From Rhynchopus sp. YZ270_cl-10 (lineage: Eukaryota), in assembly GCA_964035575.1 (NCBI GenBank), contig OZ037839.1, positions 1,302,001 to 1,366,000 of the forward strand: a stretch of DNA of 64,000 nucleotides. Reading direction: 5' to 3'. Positions 45,516-56,505 of this stretch are shown here, piece after piece. Position 1 is the first letter of the stretch. The number at the start of each line of letters is the position of its first letter. The translations under genes and the position numbers were made by a program. The notes under the pieces are model-generated. The model made no database searches. It was given only the letters and a program-made list of their open reading frames with translations, and had not been told where the DNA came from.

Positions 45516-46171
45516 CCGGCCGCGTACATATTACGTCGCGTACTAATTAAGTCGGTTAGGGCAAATGCCGACTTAATTAGTACGCGACGTAATAAGTGTG
45601 CGACGTAATTAATTTTTTGAAGAAAAACAAAATCTATGGACAAGGTGAGTGGGAAGGATGTCTGGCATTTCTCTTGGTGTTGGCGTGTTGGCCCTCGGCC
45701 CTTTACAAGGTTACATTGGGAAGAGATTGCAACATGCAAACAAAAGTTTTTTAAAAAAGTTTGTTGAAATATGAACGAATGGCTCAAATTGCGGATTTGA
45801 GGAACTCCATTGGCACTTCCCACTCCTCTTGTGCATGTGGAGATACTAGACGCACTGTGGCAGAGTTCTCACCGATTTCTTCCACCTTACCCTGTGCCGT
45901 CTACACGCGCCGCGTGTTGGGTTTGTTCTCCTCCTCGTTCACACGATCTGCGATGACTTCGGGATTGTGTGGGTTTGGTGGTATCCCCCCAGTAATGTGC
46001 CCACGCCAGCTGTGTTCCAACATGATTACTCCCACTTTTTTTCACCTTACGGTGTGTACTAATTACGTCGCTTTTTGGGCGCCCGAGGGCCCCCAAAAAG
46101 CGACTTAATTAGTACGCGACGTAATAAGTACCCCCCGTAATAAATACGCGACGTAATATGTACGCGGCCGG
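45516..46171. mobile_element. Tc1/mariner/pogo-type non-autonomous element
   Basis: TA|CCGGCCGCGTACATATTACGTCGCGTA ... TACGCGACGTAATATGTACGCGGCCGG|TA; repeated subterminal CGACTTAATTAGTACGCGACGTAAT motifs. Confidence 0.88.
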
Positions 46172-47391
46172 TACTGAGTGTGATCGAAAAAACAGAAGTG
46201 TAAATAAAACAGTTTTGTTGTGTAGTTTTTAGGGAAAAAACAAACAGAAAAATATTTTAAAAAAAAAAAAACACGACCAGAAAGAGGACAGGAAAGGGGT
46301 GTGTACCTTCGCTCGTAAAAGGCGTGTGCATACCTTTGAACCCCCTTTTTGTTGTTTTCTGTGAAGAATTTTGCGACTATTATTTTGTTGCGATTTTCAA
46401 TCATGACTCATGCAAGGAGATTATTCGTTTGTTATTCTATCTTTTTTCTTTTGATAACCTGGCTGTACCCTACTTTTAGTAAAAAAAACAAAAGATTTTT
46501 TTATTCAGAAAAAAAGAGGAGACGAAGCTGGACAAAAACTCCATCTTTCGATGGAAAACATTATGTTAATCACTAGCGACAACTTGTTGGATTTGTGTAG
46601 CTGCCACGCGAGCAGTTTGCACAGTCCAGGTTTTGCTCTCACGTAAAGGCCTCTTGACCAATATGGGGCCGTCTGCGAACCTCGGGATGTTACCTGTTTA
46701 GGGTTCGCAGCTGCGCTACCTTATTTGAAGAAATGTGTTTTCCCGTTTTTCTTTTTCTCTCTCTCTTTTTTTTTTTTTTTTTTGTGTCATTTTTTGCCGT
46801 GTGCCACTTTTTTATATTTTTCTTCCCTCCCTCACTTTCGATTTGTTATTAGGAAGGCCCACGTTTGGAACCAGAATACCTTTCCACCTTTGACTGCGTT
46901 AGGGAAACTATCCATTGCCGTTGCCCTTCTTGTGAAGGGCATTTTTTCAATGTTTCAGTCACCTTGTAGCTTTGTGGAAACGCATATTCGGAAGGATCGT
47001 GAACTGTACCTTTTAACACCAAAAATTCACCCCCTCCTCAAATAGCCTTCAGGCGACATTTTGTGCATGTGACATGACCTGCTTCGGCAGGGAAATTGTC
47101 GAACAAAAAAATTTAAAAAACAGAGAATTTTCCCCTCTTGCATCCCATCCCACCACAAAAACCAAAAAAAACCAAAAAAAAAAAAAAAAAAAAAAAAAGT
47201 ACGAACAAAGAAAAACCCTATCGATCTCCTGCCCCCTTTTTTTTTGCATCTGGTAATGAAACCTACCTCCTTCTTTTTTGTCCCCAGACATCCTCCCTGT
47301 TTTTTTTTGGATACTGCGCTTTTTGTTTTAAATTTCTAAAAAAAAAAACCCCCTCCCCCTTCAGGGTCAATAGAGGTTCCCATCAGCGAGG

Positions 47392-48042
47392 ATGTCCTCT
47401 TCTGATTTGGATCAAATCCGTTTTGTGAGCAATGAGAGCCCTGGACACGTGGTCTGTGCTGTTGGGGTGCATCTCCGCGCCTTGAGCCGTGTCCTGCGCG
47501 AGATGTACGGGGATGCAGATGTCTCGGACACACCACTCCCACTCCCTGCGTCGGCCGAGACGATCACTGCTGTGTGCCGCTACTGTGAGTACCGTGCCGT
47601 GCATCGCGACGAAGCACCGTACCATGGGAGGGACGTGGACGAGCAGGTCATGCTCTACCCGGTTGCCGCAAAGTTGAGCACGCTGTTCACGAATGAGCAC
47701 GACAAAGCGTTCATGCTAGGAACAGATGGGATATTAGAAGGTGGCATCGAAGGTGGTCTAGAACGGCTTGTGGCATGTCTGCACCTCAGCAACTTCTTGA
47801 ACATCACGTGGCTGCGGGGCCTCTGCGTCGCAGCAGCAGCAGCGCTTTTAAAGGCACCGTGTACGGTGGACACATTGCGGGAGGCCTTTGCGTTGCCACC
47901 TGCGACAGAGACAGACCTGGTAGGGTATGGGGCACAGCACAGCTGGGTAGACGAGAGATATGATGTGATGCGGATAGCGGCAAGGGAGACTGCAAGGGTG
48001 GAGGGGGAGAAGGGGGAAGAGGAGGGGGAGCAGGCCAGCTGA
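47392..48042 (+). CDS. Divergent SKP1-like protein
   Basis: IRFVSNE..., LSRVLREM, PLPLPASAETITAVCRYCEY, DKAFM, SNFLNITWLRGLC, TVDTLREAFAL follow the SKP1 POZ and dimerisation-domain pattern. Confidence 0.8.
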   Translation: MSSSDLDQIRFVSNESPGHVVCAVGVHLRALSRVLREMYGDADVSDTPLPLPASAETITAVCRYCEYRAVHRDEAPYHGRDVDEQVMLYPVAAKLSTLFTNEHDKAFMLGTDGILEGGIEGGLERLVACLHLSNFLNITWLRGLCVAAAAALLKAPCTVDTLREAFALPPATETDLVGYGAQHSWVDERYDVMRIAARETARVEGEKGEEEGEQAS

Positions 48043-48330
48043 CGGAAGGGGGAGGGGGAGGGGTGTGACGACATCATCCCGAAGGAAGGATATGTCGGGA
48101 AGGACGGATGGTTGAGGGGGGGGGGACCACTGTACCGGTCATGTGCCACGGTGCGCTGTAATGAGTGGGCATTGTAGTGCAAAGTAGAATATTTGGGGTG
48201 GCATTTTGCCCCTTTACCTTCATCACCTCAAATAGAAGTGTCCGCCCAATATGAGCTGGCAGGTAGGGAAGCCACACCCGCAATCTGGTGAAGGTTGCAC
48301 ACCCCCTGTATGGGATCGGTGCCTTCTATC

Positions 48331-48417
48331 GCCGTGATGATATCAACTGGTGTTGGTTGCAGACTTCAAATCTGTAGGCGGGGTGACCCGCAGCGGTTCG
48401 ATTCCGCCTTCGCGGTG
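48331..48417 (+). tRNA. tRNA-Sec (anticodon UCA)
   Basis: Folds as a eukaryotic 9/4 tRNA-Sec: acceptor GCCGTGATG/CTTCGCGGT with the U-U pair, D stem ATCAAC-TGGT-GTTGGT, anticodon arm TGCAGA-CTTCAAA-TCTGTA, long variable arm GCGGG-GTGA-CCCGC, T arm GCGG-TTCGATT-CCGC, discriminator G, followed by TTTTT. Confidence 0.95.
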
Positions 48418-48722
48418 TTTTTCGTTTGCCCCAAAAGTGGTCCGTTTTTGTGCCAAGACCCAACACCTTTGCACCCCTCTGGGAGCGATCTGTCAAAAGA
48501 AGGCCGAAAAACGGTGTTTTGAGCAGTTTGAAGCACTTTCATAATTTTCCTACCTAAAATGCACTTTTTGCCTTTGCCACTTTTTTTTTTGCCTCCGAAT
48601 TCGCACACTCCACCACCCCTCCCTCCCTCTCCACTGTTTCTCTGCACACTTCCTTCATCTCCCCCCTCACACTCCCTCTTCCCTCTACAGTGTTTTGCTT
48701 TTTTGGTTGACAAAGAATAATA

Positions 48723-50288
48723 ATGCAGCGTGCGATGTTTGTCGTCGCTGCCGCCAGTCTGGCTGCAGCGGCGAAGCCCAACTTCGTCTTCTTCCTGACC
48801 GACGACCAGGACCAGATGCTCGGCGGGAGTTTCCCAACCATCAACGGCTCGACCCCCATGCCTCACACCGAAAGAGAGATGAGCCAGAAGGGCGCTACGG
48901 CCACCAAATGGTTCATCCACACCCCGATCTGCTGCCCAAGCAGGTCCGAGCTTGTTACGGGGCGCTACTTTCACAACATCAAAAAAACTGATGGATGCCC
49001 GATCGGTGACGCCGAAGCGGACTGCTGCATGCACGTTGACACCGATCTTGTGAACAACGCTACTCTGGCCCGTGTCTTTGAACAGGCAGGATACAAGGTA
49101 GGGATCTTCGGGAAGTACCTGAACGCAAGCCCCAAGAAGGCGCCACCTGGTTTCGATGCGTACTTCGCGAATGGAGGGGGGACATATTATTCGCCTTCGT
49201 TTTTTGTGCAGAATGTAGACGGATTTGAGAATGGCACCTGGAGAGGGACACCAGACAACTACACCACCTCGGTGGTAGGCAACGTCTCGCATGCATGGAT
49301 CCGTAAGATGCACGCTGCTGACCAGCCCTTCTTTGCGTACATCGCGCCCAAGGCTGCCCACGAACCCTTCCTCCCCGCAAACTGGTACCAGGACCATTGG
49401 GACCCAAGCTGGCCTGAGCATGAGCCCCGCCCAGAGTCATGGAACTGCTCGTTTGAAAGCAGACAGGATCACCACTACACCATCCGCACCGAGCCGCTTA
49501 TCACAGAAGGGGCTGCAGAGAACATTACTCAGGTCTTCAAGGACAGATGGCGTACCCTGATGAGCGTGGACGACCTGATCTACGACACCATCAACCTTAT
49601 TGACGAGCTTGGTCTCACGGACAACACCTACTTCTTCTACTCCAGCGACCACGGATTCCAGCTTGGGGAGTTCAACCTTCCTTTCGATAAGCGCCATACC
49701 TATGAATTTGACATCCGCATCCACCTTCTCGTGAAGGGACCTGGAATCGAAGAAGGGTCGACCTTTGATGCGATGGGAACCCAGGTGGATCTGGTGCCGA
49801 CGTGGTTTGAAATGGCGGGGATTGAGGATACGATTACTGAGATTGATGGGAAATCGATTTTGCCGTTTTTGGTGTCAAAAGAAATGGCGGTGAAGGCGCC
49901 GGAGACGGTGCAGAGGGCGTTGGCGAAGCGGGATGTGGAGGAGGATAAGGCGGCGTGGCGTGATTCGATCTTTATTGAGTACTACTACAATGATTACAAC
50001 ACAAAGTGTATTCCGAACTGTTACAACATCGAGGACCCATCGAACAACTACATCGCTGTAAGGCACGGCGCGAACAGTGCCTTTGGGGAGACCACGTACG
50101 CTGAGTTCCAAACCTCTAAGACAGGAGAAACGGTCTTCGACAACATCGACTTCTTCGAGTACTATAACATCTCAAACGACCCCTGGCAGATGCACAACCT
50201 ATACAACGCAACTGAAAAGGAAACCCTCAGCTCGCTCCACGATAAGTTGAGGATGTGGTACAAGTGCGCAGGAGAAACCTGTCCTTGA
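48723..50288 (+). CDS. Formylglycine-dependent sulfatase, N-acetylglucosamine-6-sulfatase-like
   Basis: Signal peptide; KPNFVFFLTDDQD; CCPSRSELVTGRY; GKYLN; RWRTLMSVDD; SSDHGFQLGEF...DKRHTYEFDIRI; EYYNISNDPWQMHN. Confidence 0.92.
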   Translation: MQRAMFVVAAASLAAAAKPNFVFFLTDDQDQMLGGSFPTINGSTPMPHTEREMSQKGATATKWFIHTPICCPSRSELVTGRYFHNIKKTDGCPIGDAEADCCMHVDTDLVNNATLARVFEQAGYKVGIFGKYLNASPKKAPPGFDAYFANGGGTYYSPSFFVQNVDGFENGTWRGTPDNYTTSVVGNVSHAWIRKMHAADQPFFAYIAPKAAHEPFLPANWYQDHWDPSWPEHEPRPESWNCSFESRQDHHYTIRTEPLITEGAAENITQVFKDRWRTLMSVDDLIYDTINLIDELGLTDNTYFFYSSDHGFQLGEFNLPFDKRHTYEFDIRIHLLVKGPGIEEGSTFDAMGTQVDLVPTWFEMAGIEDTITEIDGKSILPFLVSKEMAVKAPETVQRALAKRDVEEDKAAWRDSIFIEYYYNDYNTKCIPNCYNIEDPSNNYIAVRHGANSAFGETTYAEFQTSKTGETVFDNIDFFEYYNISNDPWQMHNLYNATEKETLSSLHDKLRMWYKCAGETCP

Positions 50289-52619
50289 AAAGGAATCAAA
50301 AAAAAGATGAGATTTTCAGTAAATGTGTGATATTTTTTGTTAGGTGCAAAAAAGGGGGAGGAAGGGTAGAGAAGGAACGAAAGATGGAGGTGGGGGGTCT
50401 TTTAAAAAAAGAGAAGAAGAAGAAAAAAAAAAGAGCGTGTGTGGGGAAATGTGAAAAACGCGTTGTCGTGTGATTTGTTTATATAATTTTTTTTTTTACT
50501 TTTTATTCCCCCCCCCTAATTTGCATCTTTTGGTTTTTTTTTGTGTTGTGGATCCTCCACTTTTCGCTCTCCCTTTTTTGTTTTATTTTTTTCTCCATTT
50601 TTTTTCTTTTTCGCGTTTTTTTTCCCCCCCATTTTTGTTTTGTTATTTGGGTGCCACCTTGCAAGGGTATTATATGATAAGCATCAACAGAACAAAAATG
50701 GAAGAAAAAAAAAAGCACAATTTTTTTAAAAGGTGACTAAGCACAGAGAGGCTTAGGTTCATCTCATAAACGTATTTTTATTTTTTATTTGTTTAGCTTT
50801 TGAAAAACACTGGAAACAGCCGATCTCCGCTCTCACAGCTGCGTTCAGAGTGAAACGAAGGGGTTTTTTTAAAAGAAGGTGATGATGATGTCATGCATAT
50901 GCACTTTGTTCGTTCTCTGGCTCTTTGCTGTACGTAGGATTTCGCTTTCAGTGTGATTTGAAAAAAAGAAAACAGAAAAAAAAAACCCCGTAAATTTTTA
51001 ATGCACTGCACTCCCCAAGAGTCTCAGATACTATCCTATAGTGTTTTTAGAGAGTTTTAACGATGTTGTTATTTGGCTGCCACCTGCCAGGGGAGCATTC
51101 TCTGATAAGCATCAACAGAAAAAAAGAGAAAAAAACTTTCGTGGAATTATTTTTTTTGGGGGGATTTTTTTCTACCAAACTCTCAAGGACTCTCGGGGAT
51201 TTCAATGTATGTAAACCGTGTAAATTCTGGACTTTTTTTTATTACGCACACTACTTTGTGAGCGGAAAGTGTCAACGTCGTTCACTCACCCAACCGTGCT
51301 CCGCAGCACCACCACCCAACAGGTGATTTTTAGTGTGTGTGGAAGCGTCAACGCATCAAACAACTACAAGAAGGGGGGTGAGGGAACGACAAGTGACACT
51401 TTTTATACCAAGCATTGGCAAGAGGTCGATCAACGGCAGGTTTTGCACATTTTTTACGGTTTTGCGATATTTTTTTTCCCTCCTTTATTTTTCTCTCATT
51501 CCTCCTCCCCTCCCATCACCCCCCCCACCCTCAAAGAATTACAAAACGTGTGTTTTTTTTTTTTTTTTTCAAAAAAAATTTTTTTGATGATCTGAACACT
51601 TCACCGTTCTTACCTCTCTCCTATAGGGATACTCCTCGTATGTGTTTCCTCAGTTAGATTGGTATATTGAATGTATTTAAAAAAAAAGCCTTTTTTTCTT
51701 AGTTCTGAGATTGTTGTATGAGCAAAGCACGCTTTCTCAATGAAACTTAGAAAAGCAAAAACCCTCCTATAACAGAGAGAAAACAAATCAAGAACAAACA
51801 CCCCTCCCTCCCCCCCCCAAAAAGAAGCACAAAACCAGAGCACGCAAAAAAAAAAAAAAAAAAACAGCAAAAAAACTTCATAAAAAACCCCCTTTCAGAC
51901 CCTTTACCGAAGATGGTTGCTGTCTTGTAAATACCCCAGCCCTCCCCCACTCCATTCTAGTGATTGGATACCCCACCCTATCGGATAGGTGATTGTCGAT
52001 ACCACAAAAAGATAATCAAAAAAGGGAGGGGCTTTAGGCAATGTTGAGTATGTGAATCCCCCACCTCCCCAAGGTGGGGCGGGGCGGAAGGGGGGGCTTC
52101 TTTGATGAACAAAAGTGCACAAAAACTCAAAAACACCAATTGCACTTCTTCTGATTCATTTCAGCACTGATTCACGTTGCCCATTTTTTCATTTGTGTTT
52201 AAGATGTGTATGCACGCGAGTCATATCCATTTTTCCTCTTTTTGCTATACTTTTTCTCCCTTAGGTGACTTAGGTGACTTAGCAGGCGAGACTTAAGTTC
52301 ATCTCAAACCCCCCCTTTCCCCTCTTTTGTTGCTTTTCTGTTGTGTGCGGGTGTGCAGCTGACAACGCGAGCCAGGGTTTTTTTTTACAGGATATTTTTC
52401 TTCTTCTTTTTGATAGTGTGCACGATTGTGCGGGCACATTCATCATTCAAAATTTTCAAAAAACGCTGTGTTTGTGATGCACCAGTCCATGCAGCCGCAA
52501 CAGAACAAAAAAAAAAAAAAAAAAATAGTGTATAGCAGAGTACGTGCTCTCTCGGTGTCTCTTACCTGCACAAACTGTTAACACTCTGTCCCGGACGGTG
52601 TTTTTTAAAACATATGTGG

Positions 52620-52831
52620 CATTGCATTCGAACGCGTGTTCCCGTTTTTTTTTAAAAGGAGTTTTCGGGTGCGCGTTTTAAAAACGAAAAAAAAAGAGCG
52701 CGTTTTGAAAAAAAAAATGAAAATCGTGTTTTTTTCAAACTACCCGGGACGGGAGGTTTTCGAACGCGCGTTTGGGAGGGGGGTGAAAAAAACTGGAATG
52801 CAGTTTTTCAAACGCGCGTTCGGATGCTATG
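52620..52831. mobile_element. Small MITE
   Basis: Imperfect TIR CATTGCATTCGAACGCG / CGCGTTCGGATGCTATG; flanks ATGTGG/ATGTGC; internal AACGCGCGTT repeats. Confidence 0.55.
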
Positions 52832-54102
52832 ATGTGCATAGAAAAAATATATATTCTGGGACACAGTGTTTAAAACAAAACGAACAAACATCCCCTCAAA
52901 ACAAAACGTCTTGTTTCGCCCCTCCATTTTTTTTTTTTTTTTTTTTTTTTGTTTTTGCGTGCTTTATCGTGTCTGAGTGTTCCCAAAGAAAAAAAAAAAA
53001 AACGAAACAACAAAACAACAAAAAGAACGAAACCAATCACAACCCACTTCCATTCTCTCTTTTTTTTAAAATCACAAAAACTTCGTTACTAAATTTTCAT
53101 TGCCACATGGATGTCCACCCCCCAACAGGATTATGTTGACAACGAGCCTGACTACTACTCAAGCCATATCAAAGGAAGAGGTCTGTCCATTTCCTGCGCA
53201 CTTTGTACCCCCTTTCGCCCGTCTCTCTCTCAGGGCAAATGATCTGATATACTACGCCACCCGCTTTTTCTGTTCTTGATCTCTGAGCCCTGAACTGAAA
53301 GATTGCTCTCCCTCTCTTCCCCCCGCAATCTCGAGTCATTTCTGTACTTCAGGAAAGCGGATGTTTCCTACTGACTCACCCCAGCCTCAACAGAACACAT
53401 CCATTCTATTGATGGACACTCGTAAACCTCACTCCCGTTTTTCAAAAAACGAGAGTGAGGTTTACGGGAGTTATACAGAACACATGCTTCACCTTCAGAT
53501 GTGCCCTAGTCTGTACCGTCCTCGGCTGATTCTTTTTTTTGTGCCCTATTTGAAGGGTACACTGCACAGGAGAGTGCAGAGGATAGAGAAGAAAAATAAT
53601 AAAACCTACATTCTTGAGCTCTTCTATACTAAGTGATTTTCATTGGACGCATCCCCTCCTCCTAACAACCGTGCGCGTACCGCTACGTATGTTGTGTACA
53701 AAAATAAAAAGTGGAGATGGAACAACTGTGGCAACACAAACCCAAGGGCAACGGCACTACTCCAACTATTTATCAAAAAAAAATATGACTAAACAAAAAT
53801 AAGCATTCAGAGTGGAAGCAGAGTTTTGTCATTCAGCTTTACCAACTTTCACTCTTATTTTTCTCTCGCTCTCTCTGTTTCTCTTCTTCGTCAAGTATGA
53901 GTACATCAGGATTACCCGGGAGTGGCTAACACCCCCATCGTCGGATATTTCCCCTCAAATGCGTGTTGTTGTGTTCACGAAACAAGTGCATGCAATGCCT
54001 ATTGTCACTCTGGATCCATCCATACCTCGTCTTGCACCACACCACACCACCACACCAGGGCTATCCCTCCACCCTTCCTCCTTCCTCTTTGCACCACGCA
54101 AG

Positions 54103-56022
54103 ATGGAGGTGTTCATCCGTGACCCAGACTGCGTGATCGAAGTGGGCGCAAACGACTCCGTATCGCACCTGAAGCAGAAGGTGGTGCAGGAAACAGGGTT
54201 GGCGGTGCAGGCGCTGCTCTTGGAGGGGGTGCGGCTGCCTGAGGAGGAGCTCTGCTGCTGCACAGATCTTGTGGACGGGTCTGTGCTCGACCTTGTGGTG
54301 CAGGTCGACATGGTGTTGCTGCGCAAGACGTGGCTGAAGAGGGATGTGGGTTTGTGCCGGGCTCCGTCTCAGCTGTGGACTGATGAGGACTTTGTGTTCA
54401 CGTTGCTCATGCGCGATGGTGATGTGAGTTCTGTTGTGCCTTTGACACCTCTGTTTGCAGACAAGGCGTTCATGCGACGTGTTGTTGCACGGCAGCCACG
54501 ACACCTAGAACATCTGCAAGGTGCGGCACGGGGTGACTGGGATGTCATCTACACTGCCAGCTACAGCTCCCGCTGGAGCATGGCATACTTCGAACACCTC
54601 CCACGAACCATGCAGTGTGATGCGTTTATAGTCGACCACGTTGCACGGAATTCGAATTGGTCTGTGGAAACGTTTCGCTTGCTGCCACTCTCGGTACGGG
54701 GTAGATTGCGCTTAGTTCTGAAGTTCGTGGAGACGAGCCCTTCTTGCTTACAGTACGCCTCGACTGCGATGCAGAACGATTGGAAGGTTGTGCTCACTCA
54801 CATCAAAGCAACGCCGTCAGCCACCGGCATGGCCGAGGTGCCTCTGTCGCTTCGGTCGGACCTCAGGGTTATGATTCCTGTGATGTCGAGAGACGCGTGC
54901 TGCCTGCGGGATGATTCCGTACGCCACCTACGAGGTAACGTGAAGGTGGTTTATGCTGCAGTGCGGAGCAGACGGTGGGAGTCTTCCCTTATGTCTCTTC
55001 TGGAGAACTGTGAGGTGTTGAAGATTGCGGTGGCGAAGAACCCATCCACATTGCAGGACGTACCAGCTCTGCACAACGACACAGAGTTCATCATGTCGTT
55101 GGTGTCGATGAACGCGAAGCACCTTCAGCATGTGCCCGAGACGGTGAAGGGATACAGGAAGGTTGTGCTGTCTGCCATGCGCAGCACGACGTGGGATGAT
55201 GCATACCTGCAGCACGTAGCAGAGCCACTGCTGTCATGCATTGATGTGATGGCGGGTCCCATCAAGAGGAACGCAGGTCTCCTGCAGCAGGCATCAGACG
55301 TGATCCGCTCGAGTCGCAAGCTGTGGATATTGGCCATCGAGAGCAGGACGTGGAAGACTTCGCTGCTGCAGTATGCACCTAACAAACTGAGGGCAGACAG
55401 GAAGCTGGTGTGGTTCGCCCTGCAGAAGGACGCCGCAGCAGTGCGGTACGCAAACCCCTCACTGCGCGACAACAAGGAGCTCATGTTGAAAAGCATGCGT
55501 GTGTGCCCTTCTGTGATCCTGCCGTATGTGTCCTCCAGACTGCGTGCAGATGAAGACTTCATGTTTGAGTGTGTGATGGAGAGGACAAGCCACCTGCAGT
55601 ATGCATCGGTGTCTCTGCGGTCGGACACAGACTTCATGCAGCGCTTGCTGGTGTACAGACGGGATGTGCTTTTGTACGCAAGCAAAGCTGTTCTGCATGA
55701 TGAGAGCTTCATAGAGAAGTGTGTTGCAAAGTACGGATCCCGCATTCAGCTGCCATTTTCTGTGCAGAGACAACATGCAGCAGCCAAGGAACGTGCCGCA
55801 GCAAGAGTACGTGTAGCAGAAAAGTCAAGAGCGCGTGCAGCAGCACAGGAACGTGCAGCCATCCCACATGCACAGCTCTGCAATAATGTGTGCACCTCTG
55901 GTGATTCTTCAGACTCAGACGAATCATCGGATTCTGAATCCGATGATTATCACGAGACAAGGACTGTGCGAAGGGATGCACGTACTCGTGGTCAACGTTG
56001 TAGAGTTGACTGCTGGTGGTGA
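54103..56022 (+). CDS. Ubl domain + DUF4116-like helical repeat protein
   Basis: Ubl-like MEVFIRDPDCVIEVGANDSVSHLKQKVVQETGL...LLLEGVRL...LVDGSVLDL; repeats LQYAPNKLRADRKLVWFAL, YANPSLRDNKELM, LQYASVSLRSDTDFM. Confidence 0.82.
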   Translation: MEVFIRDPDCVIEVGANDSVSHLKQKVVQETGLAVQALLLEGVRLPEEELCCCTDLVDGSVLDLVVQVDMVLLRKTWLKRDVGLCRAPSQLWTDEDFVFTLLMRDGDVSSVVPLTPLFADKAFMRRVVARQPRHLEHLQGAARGDWDVIYTASYSSRWSMAYFEHLPRTMQCDAFIVDHVARNSNWSVETFRLLPLSVRGRLRLVLKFVETSPSCLQYASTAMQNDWKVVLTHIKATPSATGMAEVPLSLRSDLRVMIPVMSRDACCLRDDSVRHLRGNVKVVYAAVRSRRWESSLMSLLENCEVLKIAVAKNPSTLQDVPALHNDTEFIMSLVSMNAKHLQHVPETVKGYRKVVLSAMRSTTWDDAYLQHVAEPLLSCIDVMAGPIKRNAGLLQQASDVIRSSRKLWILAIESRTWKTSLLQYAPNKLRADRKLVWFALQKDAAAVRYANPSLRDNKELMLKSMRVCPSVILPYVSSRLRADEDFMFECVMERTSHLQYASVSLRSDTDFMQRLLVYRRDVLLYASKAVLHDESFIEKCVAKYGSRIQLPFSVQRQHAAAKERAAARVRVAEKSRARAAAQERAAIPHAQLCNNVCTSGDSSDSDESSDSESDDYHETRTVRRDARTRGQRCRVDCWW

Positions 56023-56505
56023 GAAAATGGGAAGACGAAGCCAAATGTTTACTCTTGACGGTTATTTATTTCCACCCGTGCACCATTCAGTGCCAAGGTA
56101 CACTGTCACGAGTGGGTTTTGTTTTTGAAGCCAATTTTTTTTCTATTTTGTTTTCTGGATTGACCTTGCACACAGGCCTTCTCTGGTCAAGAGGAGACAG
56201 GAGAGTCATCTGTACCCTGATGTGTTGCTGTGTACTTTAACTCTAACCTTTTCACAGCTGAAGGAGACCAGGTCGTTAACATCGTTGTTTTTGTTGTTGT
56301 GTTCACGGTATGAATCTGAAAAACATTGCGCACACATTTTTTTTTTTTTTCGTCCACATGAGTAATTACTTTGCCACGCTTGACGCCCACTCAACTCGAG
56401 AGACTCCAAACCTCATCTTGGTTTTCCAACACAACCCCTCTCTCTCCTCCCTCCCCTCTCCCCCAAAAAACACATCAGGGTGGATAAATTTTATTTTTTG
56501 AAGTA

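Noticed and set aside
48366..49421. 351-aa minus-strand ORF and similar antisense ORFs over other genes
   Set aside because: Shadow ORFs opposite well-supported GC-rich + strand genes.
53339..53349. TTTCTGTACTT resembling the euglenozoan spliced-leader core
   Set aside because: Only 11 nt match; the rest of the leader and the following donor are absent.
53812..54102. N-terminal extensions in the ORF track (also 13986, 20416, 26962, 32575, 36795, 38533, 40824)
   Set aside because: Most start at non-ATG codons and all run through pyrimidine tracts or leader DNA; paralogue comparison and domain boundaries favour the downstream ATGs.
56020..56060. TGA stops as possible selenocysteine codons given the nearby tRNA-Sec
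   Set aside because: No SECIS-like structure or selenoprotein-type motif recognised after any TGA-ending ORF.
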